The notes beneath the pieces were generated by a model that worked only from the letters and a program-made list of their open reading frames with translations, was not told where the DNA came from and did no database searches. The translations under genes and the position numbers were made by a program. Positions 24,001 through 34,544 of a stretch of 64,000 nt of DNA are shown here, piece after piece (positions within the stretch are counted from its first letter, which is position 1; each line of letters starts with the position of its first letter). Origin of the DNA: Harriotta raleighana (taxonomy: Eukaryota); NCBI GenBank assembly GCA_050575255.1, contig JBNZDD010013688.1:2964741-3028740 (forward strand), given 5' to 3'.

Positions 24001-25044
24001 TCTGCAAGAAAGGTTAATGCTTTATTTGCGTTTGAGATCTCTTCATCGTCTGTGGCTGACAGGGTGGGTGGTCGGGGAACCTGCTGCTTCAAAAGCCTCT
24101 GCCGATGCCAACTCGGATACCACTCTGAAAGGAGGCGCGCAAAGCCACTTCGCAATGGTCCTCGCCCCAATGGGTTTTGGCTTCACTTGGCAGATCTCTG
24201 CTCTGTGGATTCTGAGTGCAGCAAAGATCAGATCAGGAGATCGGGCCAAGGAACCTGGTGTCTCACCATCAGCCCCTGGATCGTGTGGTCCAGATACCTC
24301 AAACCCTCCTCCTCAAACAGCACATCTTGCTGTGATCCGTCTTCAAATCTAAATGGAGACTGTGCATGTGGCCCAGTAACATGTCACAGACAGTCACAAA
24401 GGGACTGTCTCTTTCGGAGAATGAATTGCCCGTGTGGAGGTGACTTTCTCATGATAATTCAGGGATGGGAAAAGGATTTTGCTAACAGTGATAGGGTGCT
24501 GGCAATGTTCACTCAAATACTCTTGAAGGATCAGACTTGTTGTAACCATTGTCTTGTGATCTCTTCAAGGAAAATCTAATTCAGTGAGGCTCTGCATTAC
24601 TATATTGCTGCACTCCGAGACTCTCATTTTTGTAGCTGTTCGGCTGATCCGCTCCTTACAATTTTCACAGATCTGTGGGGATCAGAATAATAATCCCTCT
24701 AATAATCCTTGCATTTGGATATATCACTTTACCACGTCGTTGAGACGTCTCAAAGCCCTTCATAGAATATACTGCAAAATGAGTGGACTGTATTATATCC
24801 CACAAACAGTCGGGGTTGTAGTGTCCAAATGATTACTTTTGTTGTAACTAAAAGATTTGAAGGTTCGTTTGTGAATATTCCTGAACGGATTTAACTTGCA
24901 CAGGTTGTAAAAAGGGGAAAGCTGTACTTTGTCGGTGCAATTTAATGTTTCTGACCTGATTTCTTTATATTTCAGAGAACATCGGAGGGATTTGATTGTG
25001 TTCCGCTGAAATCCTCTTCGGGATTGGCAGATATGGACTTGTAA
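5711..25044 (+). CDS. ELAPOR1: Endosome/lysosome-associated apoptosis and autophagy regulator 1 (KIAA1324/EIG121), spliced CDS exons 2-22; exon 1 not in window
   Basis: 21 exons with consistent phases sum to 2904 nt (967 aa + stop). Cys-rich ectodomain, TM helix ([21 protein letters not shown]) and tail [43 protein letters not shown] match the recalled ELAPOR1 C-terminus (…[22 protein letters not shown]), not that of ELAPOR2. Confidence 0.93.
6410..6630 (+). mobile_element. CR1 LINE 3' end
   Basis: FKRELD-like remnant, GATGGGCCGAATGGCCTCCT hairpin region, (TCTATGAA)n tail. Confidence 0.75.
7046..7238 (+). CDS. ELAPOR1: ELAPOR1 exon 3 ([19 protein letters not shown]…ENCS)
   Basis: tag acceptor, AT|gtaagt donor, 193 nt. 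Confidence 0.92.
7829..7976 (+). CDS. ELAPOR1: ELAPOR1 exon 4 ([23 protein letters not shown]…FEFF)
   Basis: cag acceptor, gtaagt donor, 148 nt. Confidence 0.92.
8434..8765 (-). mobile_element. tRNA-derived SINE (CmiSINE-like, short form), near full length
   Basis: Reverse complement of the family seen at 12657, 32757 and 37458; (TTA)n tail. Confidence 0.85.
9246..9329 (+). CDS. ELAPOR1: ELAPOR1 exon 5 ([11 protein letters not shown]…WRTIS)
   Basis: ccccag acceptor, gtaagt donor, 84 nt. Confidence 0.9.
9701..9806 (+). CDS. ELAPOR1: ELAPOR1 exon 6 ([15 protein letters not shown]…NIFIT), ends at a GC donor
   Basis: ccgag acceptor; ACAG|gcaagt non-canonical donor is required to keep frame into exon 7; 106 nt. 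Confidence 0.88.
9975..10124 (+). CDS. ELAPOR1: ELAPOR1 exon 7 ([14 protein letters not shown]…DSYS)
   Basis: tttcaag acceptor, G|gtagtt donor, 150 nt. Confidence 0.92.
10262..10615 (+). mobile_element. SINE long-form body + tail interrupted by a (TA/CA)n microsatellite
   Basis: …GATTGCTTTTCAGGGGATAATAAT… body; microsatellite expansion at about 10448-10522 inside the ACAAATATACAG motif. Confidence 0.7.
10671..10759 (+). CDS. ELAPOR1: ELAPOR1 exon 8 ([29 protein letters not shown])
   Basis: aacag acceptor, gtaaca donor, 89 nt. Confidence 0.9.
10930..11209 (+). mobile_element. tRNA-derived SINE copy (internal deletion)
   Basis: GGAGTCCTGTAGCTCA head and shared 3' tail. Confidence 0.8.
11273..11453 (+). 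CDS. ELAPOR1: ELAPOR1 exon 9 ([16 protein letters not shown]…YSDGSI)
   Basis: ttttcag acceptor, G|gtaaga donor, 181 nt. Confidence 0.92.
11691..11940 (+). mobile_element. tRNA-derived SINE copy (3' deletion)
   Basis: A box TAGCTCAGTG, B box GGTTCGATTCC. Confidence 0.8.
12320..12448 (+). CDS. ELAPOR1: ELAPOR1 exon 10 ([23 protein letters not shown]…QEIK)
   Basis: ctcag acceptor, G|gtgtgt donor, 129 nt. Confidence 0.9.
12657..12909 (+). mobile_element. tRNA-derived SINE with inverted 3' end
   Basis: A box TAGCTCAGTGG, B box GTTCGAATCC; the 3' part folds back on itself. Confidence 0.8.
13051..13141 (+). CDS. ELAPOR1: ELAPOR1 exon 11 ([29 protein letters not shown])
   Basis: tttcag acceptor, AG|gtaaga donor, 91 nt. 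Confidence 0.92.
13617..13899 (+). mobile_element. tRNA-derived SINE copy
   Basis: tRNA head and complete tail …AAATGCAAGGATTATT. Confidence 0.85.
14085..14190 (+). CDS. ELAPOR1: ELAPOR1 exon 12 ([35 protein letters not shown])
   Basis: gcag acceptor, gtgagt donor, 106 nt. Confidence 0.9.
15012..15038. repeat. (TG)n microsatellite
   Basis: Direct read. Confidence 0.95.
15949..16086 (+). CDS. ELAPOR1: ELAPOR1 exon 13 ([24 protein letters not shown]…[11 protein letters not shown])
   Basis: tttcag acceptor, gtaggg donor, 138 nt. Confidence 0.9.
16160..16430 (-). mobile_element. L2 LINE 3' fragment
   Basis: Minus-strand translation [37 protein letters not shown], then (TTG)n tail. Confidence 0.8.
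17131..17394 (+). CDS. ELAPOR1: ELAPOR1 exon 14 ([19 protein letters not shown]…CGPGTQSNA)
   Basis: tttcag acceptor, gtaatg donor, 264 nt. Confidence 0.92.
18119..18295 (+). CDS. ELAPOR1: ELAPOR1 exon 15 (NHTLCYNDC…[20 protein letters not shown])
   Basis: ctgcag acceptor, gtaagc donor, 177 nt. Confidence 0.92.
18489..18669 (+). CDS. ELAPOR1: ELAPOR1 exon 16 ([12 protein letters not shown]…LADRLL)
   Basis: poly-C then caacaaag acceptor, G|gtaaga donor, 181 nt. Confidence 0.88.
18711..19048 (+). mobile_element. tRNA-derived SINE, full length
   Basis: Head, CCTTGGGCAAGTTTCCTTACTCC core stub, tail. Confidence 0.85.
19140..19242 (+). CDS. ELAPOR1: ELAPOR1 exon 17 ([11 protein letters not shown]…PDIIYFY)
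   Basis: ttgcag acceptor, AG|gtaaca donor, 103 nt. Confidence 0.9.
19646..19845 (+). mobile_element. tRNA-derived CORE-like SINE, long form (5' part)
   Basis: tRNA head + GGCAAGTTTCCTAACTCCACACGCCTCTGGTTACCCAAGCAGTAACTAGAAACCC; related pieces at 9414-9570 (+) and 45420-45525 (-). Confidence 0.7.
20084..20185 (+). CDS. ELAPOR1: ELAPOR1 exon 18 ([22 protein letters not shown]…VSVP)
   Basis: gccag acceptor, AG|gtcaag donor, 102 nt. Confidence 0.88.
21278..21404 (+). CDS. ELAPOR1: ELAPOR1 exon 19 ([25 protein letters not shown]…VSGIQ)
   Basis: tacag acceptor, gtagaa donor, 127 nt. Confidence 0.92.
21561..21739 (+). CDS. ELAPOR1: ELAPOR1 exon 20, transmembrane helix ([10 protein letters not shown]…CYFYKKNQ)
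   Basis: tcacag acceptor, AA|gtgagt donor, 179 nt. Confidence 0.92.
22205..22370 (+). CDS. ELAPOR1: ELAPOR1 exon 21, cytoplasmic tail ([11 protein letters not shown]…KIKSFTTK)
   Basis: tttag acceptor, gtacgt donor, 166 nt. Confidence 0.92.
24976..25044 (+). CDS. ELAPOR1: ELAPOR1 exon 22, last coding exon ([22 protein letters not shown])
   Basis: tttcag acceptor, phase 0, TAA at 25042-25044. Confidence 0.92.
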   Translation, partial: RTSEGFDCVPLKSSSGLADMDL

Positions 25045-25210
25045 CCTGATTACTTTTTTAAAAAAAAAACAACTTTGCGAACCAGTTTACAACTCAAGTG
25101 CCCTTTTCTNTGATTACTTTTTTTTAAAAAAAACCAACTTTGCGAACCAGCTTACAACTCAAGTGCCCTTTTCTTGAGAAACAATTGTATTTAAACTAAA
25201 GATGGAAGTG

Positions 25211-25243
<33 letters not shown>

Positions 25244-25249
25244 ATATAT
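25211..25249. repeat. (TA)n microsatellite in ELAPOR1 3' UTR
   Basis: Direct read. Confidence 0.95.
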
Positions 25250-28200
25250 GGATAGAATATATATTATTCCATCATTGGAATGCAAAATACAAAACGTAAA
25301 CCAGGATCTTTTATATCTGTGATGAAATGAATGCCCCTTTACTGTTTTCACGGCTTGCTGTCTGTCTTGTGTCCGCGAAAGGGGAGTCCAGCGGTTTGTA
25401 CTCCATTTTCAAACAGACGGAAAAGGGAGTTACTAAGGACAATCGCAATTGGACACGGTGGAACCGCTTGCGTTGAAGGTGTGCCTCGCGGATGGAAGTC
25501 CCGACACAAAGCAGCGCTCGATTTGAACGGAGCCACGACTTGCATCAAAAATACCGTTCGACCAGCTTAGCTCACTGCGCTGCAAAAAAAAGAAACCTTT
25601 TCTAAGTTGCAGTGAAGGTNTCGATTTGAACGGAGCCACGACTTGCATCAAAAATACCGTTCGACCAGCTAGCTCACTGCGCTGCAAAAAAAAGAAACCT
25701 TTTCTAAGTTGCAGTGAAGGTGTTCGGGATAGTTGCCTGAGTCTAGCTGGCCATTTTTACGAGCGAGTCCTGGTCACAATGTGACGAGGGCTTCACTGCC
25801 TGGTGTTATTAACCCCTCTACCCAAACTCACTGCTTAAGTGGTCCCATTCTGTGCTCCTGCGACTTTTGTCTTTCCCTCACACAGCGATGTCACCTTCTC
25901 TCATCCGCCACTACATTGAGCAGTGAACCTATCTGCACAATTCCAGAGCTGAAGCCACTCCACTAACTAACCATAACTTGTACTAACTACCTTGAAAAGG
26001 CAGCCTTTCGAGCAACTGCAGCTCAGTCACAAGCTGGCCAGTTGGGTTTTGCTGTTGCTGTTGCTCCTGCAGTGTGGAACTTACCTCTCCCTCCCTCGCT
26101 CCCATCCCTATTTAAACAGCCGAGATTCCAGTACCCACAGGCTATATCGTGGATAACCTACTTAGTCAAGCTGTCTTGCAAAAGCAACACTTGTGTTCCC
26201 CTCCGCCAATCCCTTGCACTAAGAAATGGAGTCTACTCCCAGTTAACATGCCACTAGATTGCCACTCTTCTATCTCTCTCCACTTCTCTCGATCCACTAA
26301 ACGGTCGATTTCCTTTGCAAGTTCTCTTCAGCATCCGTTACTCATAATTGTACATGCAGACTGCTTGCCTGGCATCATGAGTGTGAGAAAAACTCCAGCT
26401 CTGATACCCCTGCCATTTCGCTTTCGCTCTCACGCAGTAGAAATCCCTGCTGACTCAGCGACTTGATGCGAATGGCACAGTTTTACCCCCCTCCAACTGG
26501 CTTTTTGTTCCCCACGATGTCTTGGAATGAGCTGGGTGGGAATATTTTGCTTTTGCACAGGGTTATCATTGCGTTCAATCCTGTTTCCAGCTTTTCTCCA
26601 GTGACTTAACGCCCTCCCTACATAAACATAACCTATTCCTCCGAGTGTTTGTTCTGTGTTCATCAAGCGTCTGTGGGTACCTGTGTTATCGGTAGAGCCC
26701 AGTGAAAAAAGGCGCAACTCAGTACAGTTTAAAACGTGAGATAGATTTTCTAAAACGTCCCCTCCCATCCTTCTTCTCAGCCCACAGTCTGCGTACTCAG
26801 TGGCGAAGACGGCCGATCTGTGGCCACTCGTTGCACTCAATGGGGTTTGTAACAAACCATCTGCGTTTTTCTTACCTCCCGGAACCAGGTGTCAGTCTTA
26901 CCAGCAGCTGTCAGGGTAATTGCAGCTGTTAAATGTCTGGATACTTTCCTAATGCGAATTAAGCGTGTCGGTGAAAGTCAAATCGTCCTGTACGCGGACA
27001 AAGGAGTATTTATTCATCAACTGGTCCCTGTTCCAACGTGGAAACGAATTGCCCTCTTCCCCCCCCCCCCACACCACCTCCCCCCCCTCCCCCATTGAGA
27101 TTAAACTCGCTAATCTGTACTCTGCGCTTGCCTTAAACCCAAATCAATTTGAGGCTTTGTAGGAATCGAATTAGTTTTGTCCCGACAGCCGTGGGCGCAC
27201 AGCTCCTGTGAGGTCGACTGACCCATTGACTCCCCTGGCTCCGAAAGCCCAAAAGTTGGCAGAGAAAGGGGTTTTGGTGTTAGTCAGGGAGAAAGAGCTA
27301 GAGTGTCCCGACTAGAAGACTCGCCACCATGACTGTGATGGATCGGGATCCGAGACACTCTGAGTTGATTTAAATCCAACGCCATTGAAAGGGATTTCAG
27401 GCCCATGTTCCAAATCAAAGCAGTCACTAACCTCCCCTTGTGCTTCTTTTCCTGCTAACGGGTGGCTGCCCGGTCATACACAGGGAGACAGACTGGCATC
27501 CGCCCCCCGCCCCCACTTCCTCCCCCCACTCCCCCCCACCACCCAGCCCGCTCTCTCCTCTCTAGTCTCGCCAGATGTGAGGAATTTGCTTTGTGGGTTG
27601 TTGATCTGCATCCTGCTGCTCTGTGACACTTCAATGCGAGTCTGAACACCGAACTCATTAACGTGTATAAGGCACAACTTCCCTGTGTGTGGAATGGAAT
27701 GGCTCTCTCCCTGGAGGGGCACATCCCACCTACCAACTCCCTGGGAGTGTCAGGCGGAGGTTGGCAAGGGCCTCGGCTTGGCGTCTCCAGAATGTGCGAT
27801 AGAGTTCAGCTTACCATACATCCAGCTTACTGTGCGAGAAGCCCTCCCATTGCTTTTCTAGCAATGTTCATCACCCCTTTAGAGCTTTGGCTCTTGCAGG
27901 GCAACAGGAGCCACTGAGTGGGATGAATTGATGATCCCAGTTCCTAATTCACGTTGGGACAAATTTTATTTCCCTTGTAAAAAAAAAAAAATGTTTAAAT
28001 CTCTTCAATTGGAGAACATTCGGAATATTCCAACTAGCATTTGGGAGGCTCTGCGAGCTACACACTGGCAAGAGAGATAACCGTTCTTAGCATTTCCCAT
28101 CTGGCAAGAGTAAGGATTCGCTGATTGCAGTGAAATGGCCCCAAAAGAGTGGGAGAAGAGACACAGGAGGCAGATAAAGAGCTTGTGCGCAGACTTTATG

Positions 28201-28979
28201 TCTGTGAGATTCAACTTTAGCCTCCCTCTAAAAGGTTTTCCATACAGGCACGAAACACCGTTGTATTATTGATAAATGCTGCTCAGGTTCTGTTTCAGTC
28301 CAGATATCAGTTTTGACTTTTTTTTTTTACCTTGCAAAGAGCAATGAGACCTTTTGGGAGTTTTAGCATTCACTGCTGTATCTTTGGTTACAGGAAATTG
28401 GTTAGAATGTGCTGTGTGTAGCCTGCAGACTCCACCGCTGTATTTATTGGATAGCAAGAGGGGCGTCTTTAAATGAGCAGCTTCAAACTAATTAACATTG
28501 AAATGTCTGGTTTCCCCCTCCTGCAAGGCATTGGAGTGGTTTTTTCCCCCCCAAAAAATGACTTTATCGTTCTTTTTTCTCTCCCTGTTGTTAAGTTTCA
28601 GCTGCTTGTAAAATGAACCCAGTGTCGGGTTTCCTCAAGAAATATAGTCTTTTTAATTTTCATAAGTTCGCTTCTGATTTGTAAGAGGTGAAATAGGTCG
28701 CCTTTCAAAGCACTGACTGTGTCGATTGATTCCCAGCCAAACCGTGCTTTAAAAATATCCTTTTTTTTTAGTTAAGCGACTCAAGAAACTTTTTTTTAAA
28801 AACTGTTTTTCACCAAGCGGTTGTTATTCATGTCAAGAATGGATTTGAGTTGTTACGTTCTGATAGATGTATACTTGTGTCCTTGAACAGCTCTAGTGGT
28901 TTGTTTGATACAGTTTCAGGGGTTTGGGAGATTCGGTAGCGCTGAGTAGAAATATATAGATTCTTTAGTAAAAGAGTAA

Positions 28980-28989
28980 AATAAATAAA
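28980..28989 (+). terminator. Candidate ELAPOR1 polyadenylation signal (overlapping AATAAA hexamers)
   Basis: AATAAATAAA after a U-rich UTR-like stretch, followed by GT/T-rich sequence; another AATAAA near 29129. Confidence 0.4.
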
Positions 28990-31059
28990 ACACACTCGTG
29001 ATTAGTTTGGTGGGAAAGAAAGACGTTTTATCCTGTGTAAATATGAAATGTTGCTGGGTTTTTTAGTGTGTTGTGCTTAATTGGCAACGTGCTTCTTTCT
29101 CTCTGTCCAGGCTCATTTTATTTATTGAAATAAATTAATATGAAAAAAAAAGGAAACTTTCTCCACACCACCCCACACCCACCAAAAGCAATGCAACTGC
29201 AACCCGACCTGACTGTTCAGCGCTTTGGGACATCCTCCCGATGTGAAAGATGGTATATAAGTGTAATGTTGTTGTTGTTGTTGTTGCAACATAATTCAAT
29301 GTGTTGTTTCTTCGGTGTTTGCTTTTGAAAGACTCTTAATATTTCTTAGTTTTATCTGAATACTATTTCACATTCTACAAAAGAACCTAATCTTTCAGTG
29401 AAAGTCAATTTATTGTCTAATATATACATATATGAGGAAAGCTGCCTGAAGCTACAATTTGTGGGCGTGGGTTTGGCAAAATCCCAGCTAAGTTGATGCC
29501 TAGATCCCATTTAGGCCTCCCTACAAGGTGCACAAATGCAGACCTTGGTACACAATCCTTTCAGTACATCAGGAACAAATCTTCCAAGGATTGCTTTATG
29601 TTGTGTTGTGTGTTCGATCCCACCTTCGATCACCCTCCCAACCCCAACTCACCCTGCCTTCCACCCCTCCTGATCCCAACCCCAGCTCAGGTCTAAGTCC
29701 TCGACTGTCCAACACCTTGGAATGTCCTCTCACCATGAGTGGCTCTAGCCAAAATGTAATTTTGTTGTTGTAGTGGGGAATGATTGACGGGAAAGTTCAG
29801 GTAAAGGCCAACAGCCTCAGTCACTCTGCCTCCGTTTAGCTCCCCTCCTTGTTGCCCTTGTGCTAGGAGTTCAGAGAAATCAATAAGAGTTTTAATTTCT
29901 AATCAATGTGACGTTTCGTTGATTGAATGAATGGCGAAAGGTGCTGATCTACAGGAAGGGAGATAGATTTCCATGGAACCCCATCTTGTTTATATGTGCA
30001 TAAGCCTAGCGATGTATGTGTGCCAGTCATTTTGATTATTAGTATTTGTTTTTATCTAAAAACCCGAAATACCTATATATTATATATGTGATTGAATACA
30101 TTGCCCCACTGATTATTGCTTCAAAGTTACACTGATTTGCTGCCCACATTTAAAGAGAGGCTGTTGTGATTCACATCTCCAGCTCCCCATTTCGTTTATC
30201 TCAAGGTTGCGTCCTCTAACTAACTCTATTATCAGGGGAGGAAAGATTGGATGGACATGAGAGGCTGTGAAGGAGCTCTGGTCTGCAGTGTTTACTGTTT
30301 ATACGGCATAGACTCGCAGATACTCACAGGACACATTTCAGGAACTATTGCCTTCTTTGCTACCTTTTCCTTGCTTAGCATGGGATTTTCTTTTACATAT
30401 TTACTTGAAAACTCTCTGGCATTGCAACTGCTTGTGGCCTGGGTTTGGCAAGACTGGTTGGAAGAGACTGCGATTGACTCATGAATGGGTGTGACAGGGA
30501 CATTCATTCAACATGGGACAGAAGCTACCGTGGATACAAGGATTTTCGTGTGAAAAGTGAAACAGCAAGGATGTTGGCAATGAACCCTTGCAGTTACTTT
30601 GCTCGTAAATCAGATGCCGGCCGTGATCACAGTTGGGCTCCAGTCTATATACCGATCAGAACTGTAATCCCTGTCTCATCCAGCAGAACATATATCTTTC
30701 ATATTTTCATGTTCGCTGTCAAGCTGCTTGAATTATGAGTGTTGAAAGGAAAAAAAAAACTCAACGTACTCTGTACCGAGAGCTTGGGCGAAACTCTAAT
30801 ATTACCAGAATCCCTTGAGTTTTCCCTACAATTTGCTGGTATTACCAAAGGGCTACGTTTTCTTCCTAATTAAGAGTTTATTCACTTTAAAAACCCTGAT
30901 GTGTGTGTTTTTTAAAAAAACAAAAATCGGTTTCTTCATTTATGAAATGTTACTTTGAAGTTCTCGGGCCGGTTGAAGGCTTTTAGGAAATTTGGTGATG
31001 GATTTTACAGAGAACGTTACTAATTAATCAGCTTCCCTTTGTTATTTCCCGTGGCTAGT

Positions 31060-31500
31060 TGGAGGGAGGGGTGGAGGATTGATTTTCAAAGGACACAGAA
31101 CGTTATAGTGAGATCCAGAGCTTTTGTGTTAGCTGAATATATGAGGGAGAAAACACTCTTATGAAAGTACAGAGGTGCAAGCGGATTAAGGAAACATTTT
31201 TCCACATAGCAGATGGTGGTATTGTGGAGTTCACTCCCCAAAGACAACAACACAACAACAAAATTACACTTGTAGAGTGTCTTTCATGTCAGGAGGACGT
31301 CCCAAGGTGCTGGAGACAGAGTTAATTAAATTGTTTTTGCATGCAAATAGATAAATACTGTACATGATAGACACGGGTGTCAAAGGGTATGGGGAGAGGA
31401 CAGGCAGGTGGCATGAGTTGCTGTTCAGGCCATGACCTTGGTAAAAGCTGGTATCGGCTCGATGAGTAGAATCATCTGCTCATGTTCCTGTTTTCTTACG
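31060..31500 (+). mobile_element. Decayed CR1 LINE 3' fragment, interrupted by a minus-strand L2 tail at about 31245-31320
   Basis: RKHF…VVVLWSSLP remnants, AAAGGGTATGGGGAGAGG, GGCTCGATGAGTAGAAT 3' motifs. Confidence 0.6.
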
Positions 31501-32756
31501 CAGTTAGCTCGAGCTGGGCAGGGGGAAAGGTGGGCAAAAGCATCGCTGGAGAGAAATGTTTTAGGTGGGTTTTGAAGTCGGATAGAGCGGAGGTGAGGCG
31601 GATTGGAGTTCAAGCGAGTAAAGAAGGGTTGAGCCCTCACCCATTGATGGTGGGGCAATAGTGGATGTGGCTCTATTTTCCTTGATCAGAAGCAATCCAA
31701 TTCATTCTCGCCACTGACTCACCGACGATAATAAAGCTGGCAATCGGATCCATGTTATCCCACAGTCCCAGCTACAGAACTTTAATGCGAAACAACGACT
31801 GGGCAACAGGGAGTCGACAACCAGAAGCATATGTGATACAACAGAGGCGATTAGACCACCAAGGAGTGAGATGGTTAACAGCTCTCACCTTCCGCTTGAC
31901 TATGAGGAAATTGAAAGCCCACAACCTTCCTCACTGACACTGGATCCCACCCAGCAGGTCCCCAGAAAGGGAAAGCAATCCGAGATCCACACCCCCACCA
32001 CCATCTGCTACGTTCGACTCAATGGTACTGCTTTCATTTTAATACTAAAGCTACCTCTGCTCTGACCACTGAATATATTTTTTAACTGCAGCGTAAAGGA
32101 GGAAACCGAAACACAGGCTCGCCCCTGTTGCTTCATTGTTAGCAAAAGAATATCCGTTTGACGGCTTTATTTACAACCGCTAGCACAATTGGGGATATAA
32201 AAAGGTCACAAAAGGGAAGGGAGCAGGGAAATGGAATTAGTGCGGGTTGCTGGGGGTAGGGGAGGGGCGGAAGCAATGGTACAAGCACAATGGTTTCATT
32301 GGTGTCTGTGTCTGTTGATCTACAACTGCATATGTATATGATAGACACTAGATGAGGAACACCCACACACTGCGATTAAATCAAGGTTGGATGCATTTTG
32401 GTACCCGACAGGAATACTGTGGTGGAATTCGTTGGGCGAGGCAGAAAAAGTTGCAGGGTATCAAAATGCCAGAGGGATTATTTAATGCGTGAAAATGTAA
32501 CCCAATTTTAAAGGTTGCACAGTGGAGAGGAAAAAAAACGGACTTCCCCGGACCTCACGAGAATCAGCAAGGGGTTAAAATGGAGTCCACGATGGGTTCA
32601 GTATCCCAGTCCTTACCTCCCTGGGTGAAATCGGTCATCTCGCTTCTGCGTGCAAAATGGATGCTGCATTTGCCCGCAAAATGCACAGTCGAAACACTTT
32701 GCAAGAAGTTCCCGTGAAGCTCCTTGAGACGTTTCACTGACAAGGTTCAAGGTTGT

Positions 32757-33080
32757 GGAGTTCGTGTAGCTCAGTGGTTAGAGCACTCCCCTTTCAAGTG
32801 TGAGAACCTGTGTTTGATTCCAGGCACTTTTCAACGCGAAACCTTGGGCAAGTTTCCTTGCACCATGCACACGCCTCATAATAATCCGTCTCAAAAAACG
32901 CAATGATTAAAAATTGGTCATTTCAATTCATGACTGTTTGTGGGACACCGCTGTGTGCGATTGGTTGCCATGTTTTGCCCACAAATATACAGTCAATTCA
33001 CTTCACGGTATATTCTGTGAAGCTCTTTGAGTCATTGATAAGATGTCGAAAGCGCTATATCAAATGCAAGGATTATTATT
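32757..33080 (+). mobile_element. tRNA-derived SINE, full length
   Basis: Head, core stub and (TTA)n tail. Confidence 0.88.
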
Positions 33081-34035
33081 AAAGATCTATCCCAGACGCA
33101 AGGCTTATATCAGCAACTTATATTACTCCAGCACTTTCACAGGAGGTAGTGTGTCAGAGCACTTATTATAATTATCCCATACCATCATTTTTCTCTCTAT
33201 TCCGTATCAGTGTATTAATAATTAGTGTCGCGCATTCTCCAGTCAACGTTACACTCTCCGGAGGGGCAATCGGCTCTAGGTTTTATGTAGTTTCAAGCCT
33301 TTCGCTGATGTTTGTGATCAACCAATAAAAACTTCTGCGACCTGTCTGCCTCATAATATCCTGAGGTTAAAAAATTTAATAATATGGACCAGATGGTCTA
33401 CATACCTGAAACCGCAGGTATTTCTGCTTTAACTTATCACACTGTCAGGAGTCAACATTTTGGGGGTTGAAACTCACCAGTGTTTAAACTGTTGCATTAA
33501 ACAACGATTGTGGTAATAAGTATTTCAATGTGTATAACTTGACTTGCGACTCAATGAAGCTGCTTTCAATTGCCTCTGATAGAACAATACCTCTACATAA
33601 TTGGAAGATTAATGGGAAGATTCAATTGAAAGCAACAGCATAAATACTCTATTAGTAGGCGAATTCAATTGTGATAAGCATAGTCCCAAAATCAGGATGG
33701 ATGGTTAGGACTGAGATCAGGAAGTAATTCATCATGCAGAGGGTTGTGAAGATAATAATAATAATAATCCTTGCATTTGATATAGTGCTTTTCACATCTT
33801 ATCGACATTTCAAGATGCAGAAAGTTGTAGAGAGGAAATCAATAGGTGTGTTTAAGAATGGGGTGGGTGGGGGGGTCACATTTACAGACTAGTCGATAAC
33901 TTGGGGACTGAATAGAGATATAGAGATGTTTAAGATTGTGAAATAATTCAATAGAGAAGATATTGAAATGCTGTCTCCACTTGTTGGCAAGTCCCAAATG
34001 AGCGGGTATAAATATTGGCTAGCCATACAAAGAAT

Positions 34036-34544
34036 ATAATAATAATAATGATCCTTGCATTTGACATAGCGTTTTTCACGTCTTCTAGACGTCTCAAAGT
34101 GTTTCAAAGTGTTTCACATAATATACTGTAAAGTGAATTGACTGTATAATTGTGGGCGAAACGCGGCAGCCAATTGTGCGCAAACACACAATTNCCCAAA
34201 TGAGCGGGTATAAATATTGGCTAGCCATACAAAGAATATAATAATAATAATGATCCTTGCATTTGATATAGCGTTTTTCACGTCTTCTAGACGTCTCAAA
34301 GTGTTTCAAAGTGTTTCACATAATATACTGTAAAGTGAATTGATTGTATAATTGTGGGCGAAACGCGGCAGCCAATTGTGCGCAAACAGTCGTGGATTGA
34401 AATAACCAATTTCTTTTCTTTTTGAGGGATTATTATCAGGCGTATGCAGTAAGGAAACTTGCCCATGGTTTCACCCTGCCTGGATTTGAACACAGCTCTC
34501 ACACTTCTAAGGCGAGGGCTCTAACCGCTGAGCTACAGGACTCC
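34036..34544 (-). mobile_element. tRNA-derived SINE; 3' half duplicated across N34194
   Basis: Full element on the minus strand; the duplicate is probably an assembly artefact. Confidence 0.85.

Noticed and set aside
23971-24672. 202-aa Cys-rich + strand ORF (23971-24579), and a possible antisense last exon (24672-24565, [15 protein letters not shown]…, AATAAA at 24021-24026 on minus) in ELAPOR1 intron 21
   Set aside because: No recognisable domain, a non-ATG start, a weak acceptor derived from a SINE tail, and no partner exons found. Only RNA-seq or BLAST evidence would revive it.
5711-25044. Assignment as ELAPOR2 (KIAA1324L) because of SEMA3D-like synteny
   Set aside because: The C-terminal exons match the recalled ELAPOR1 tail (…[35 protein letters not shown]), not ELAPOR2 (…DHFESVQLKTSRSPNI).
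30251-30738. Adjacent short ORFs in the intergenic region (possible GRM or other gene remnant)
   Set aside because: No recognisable homology or splice structure.
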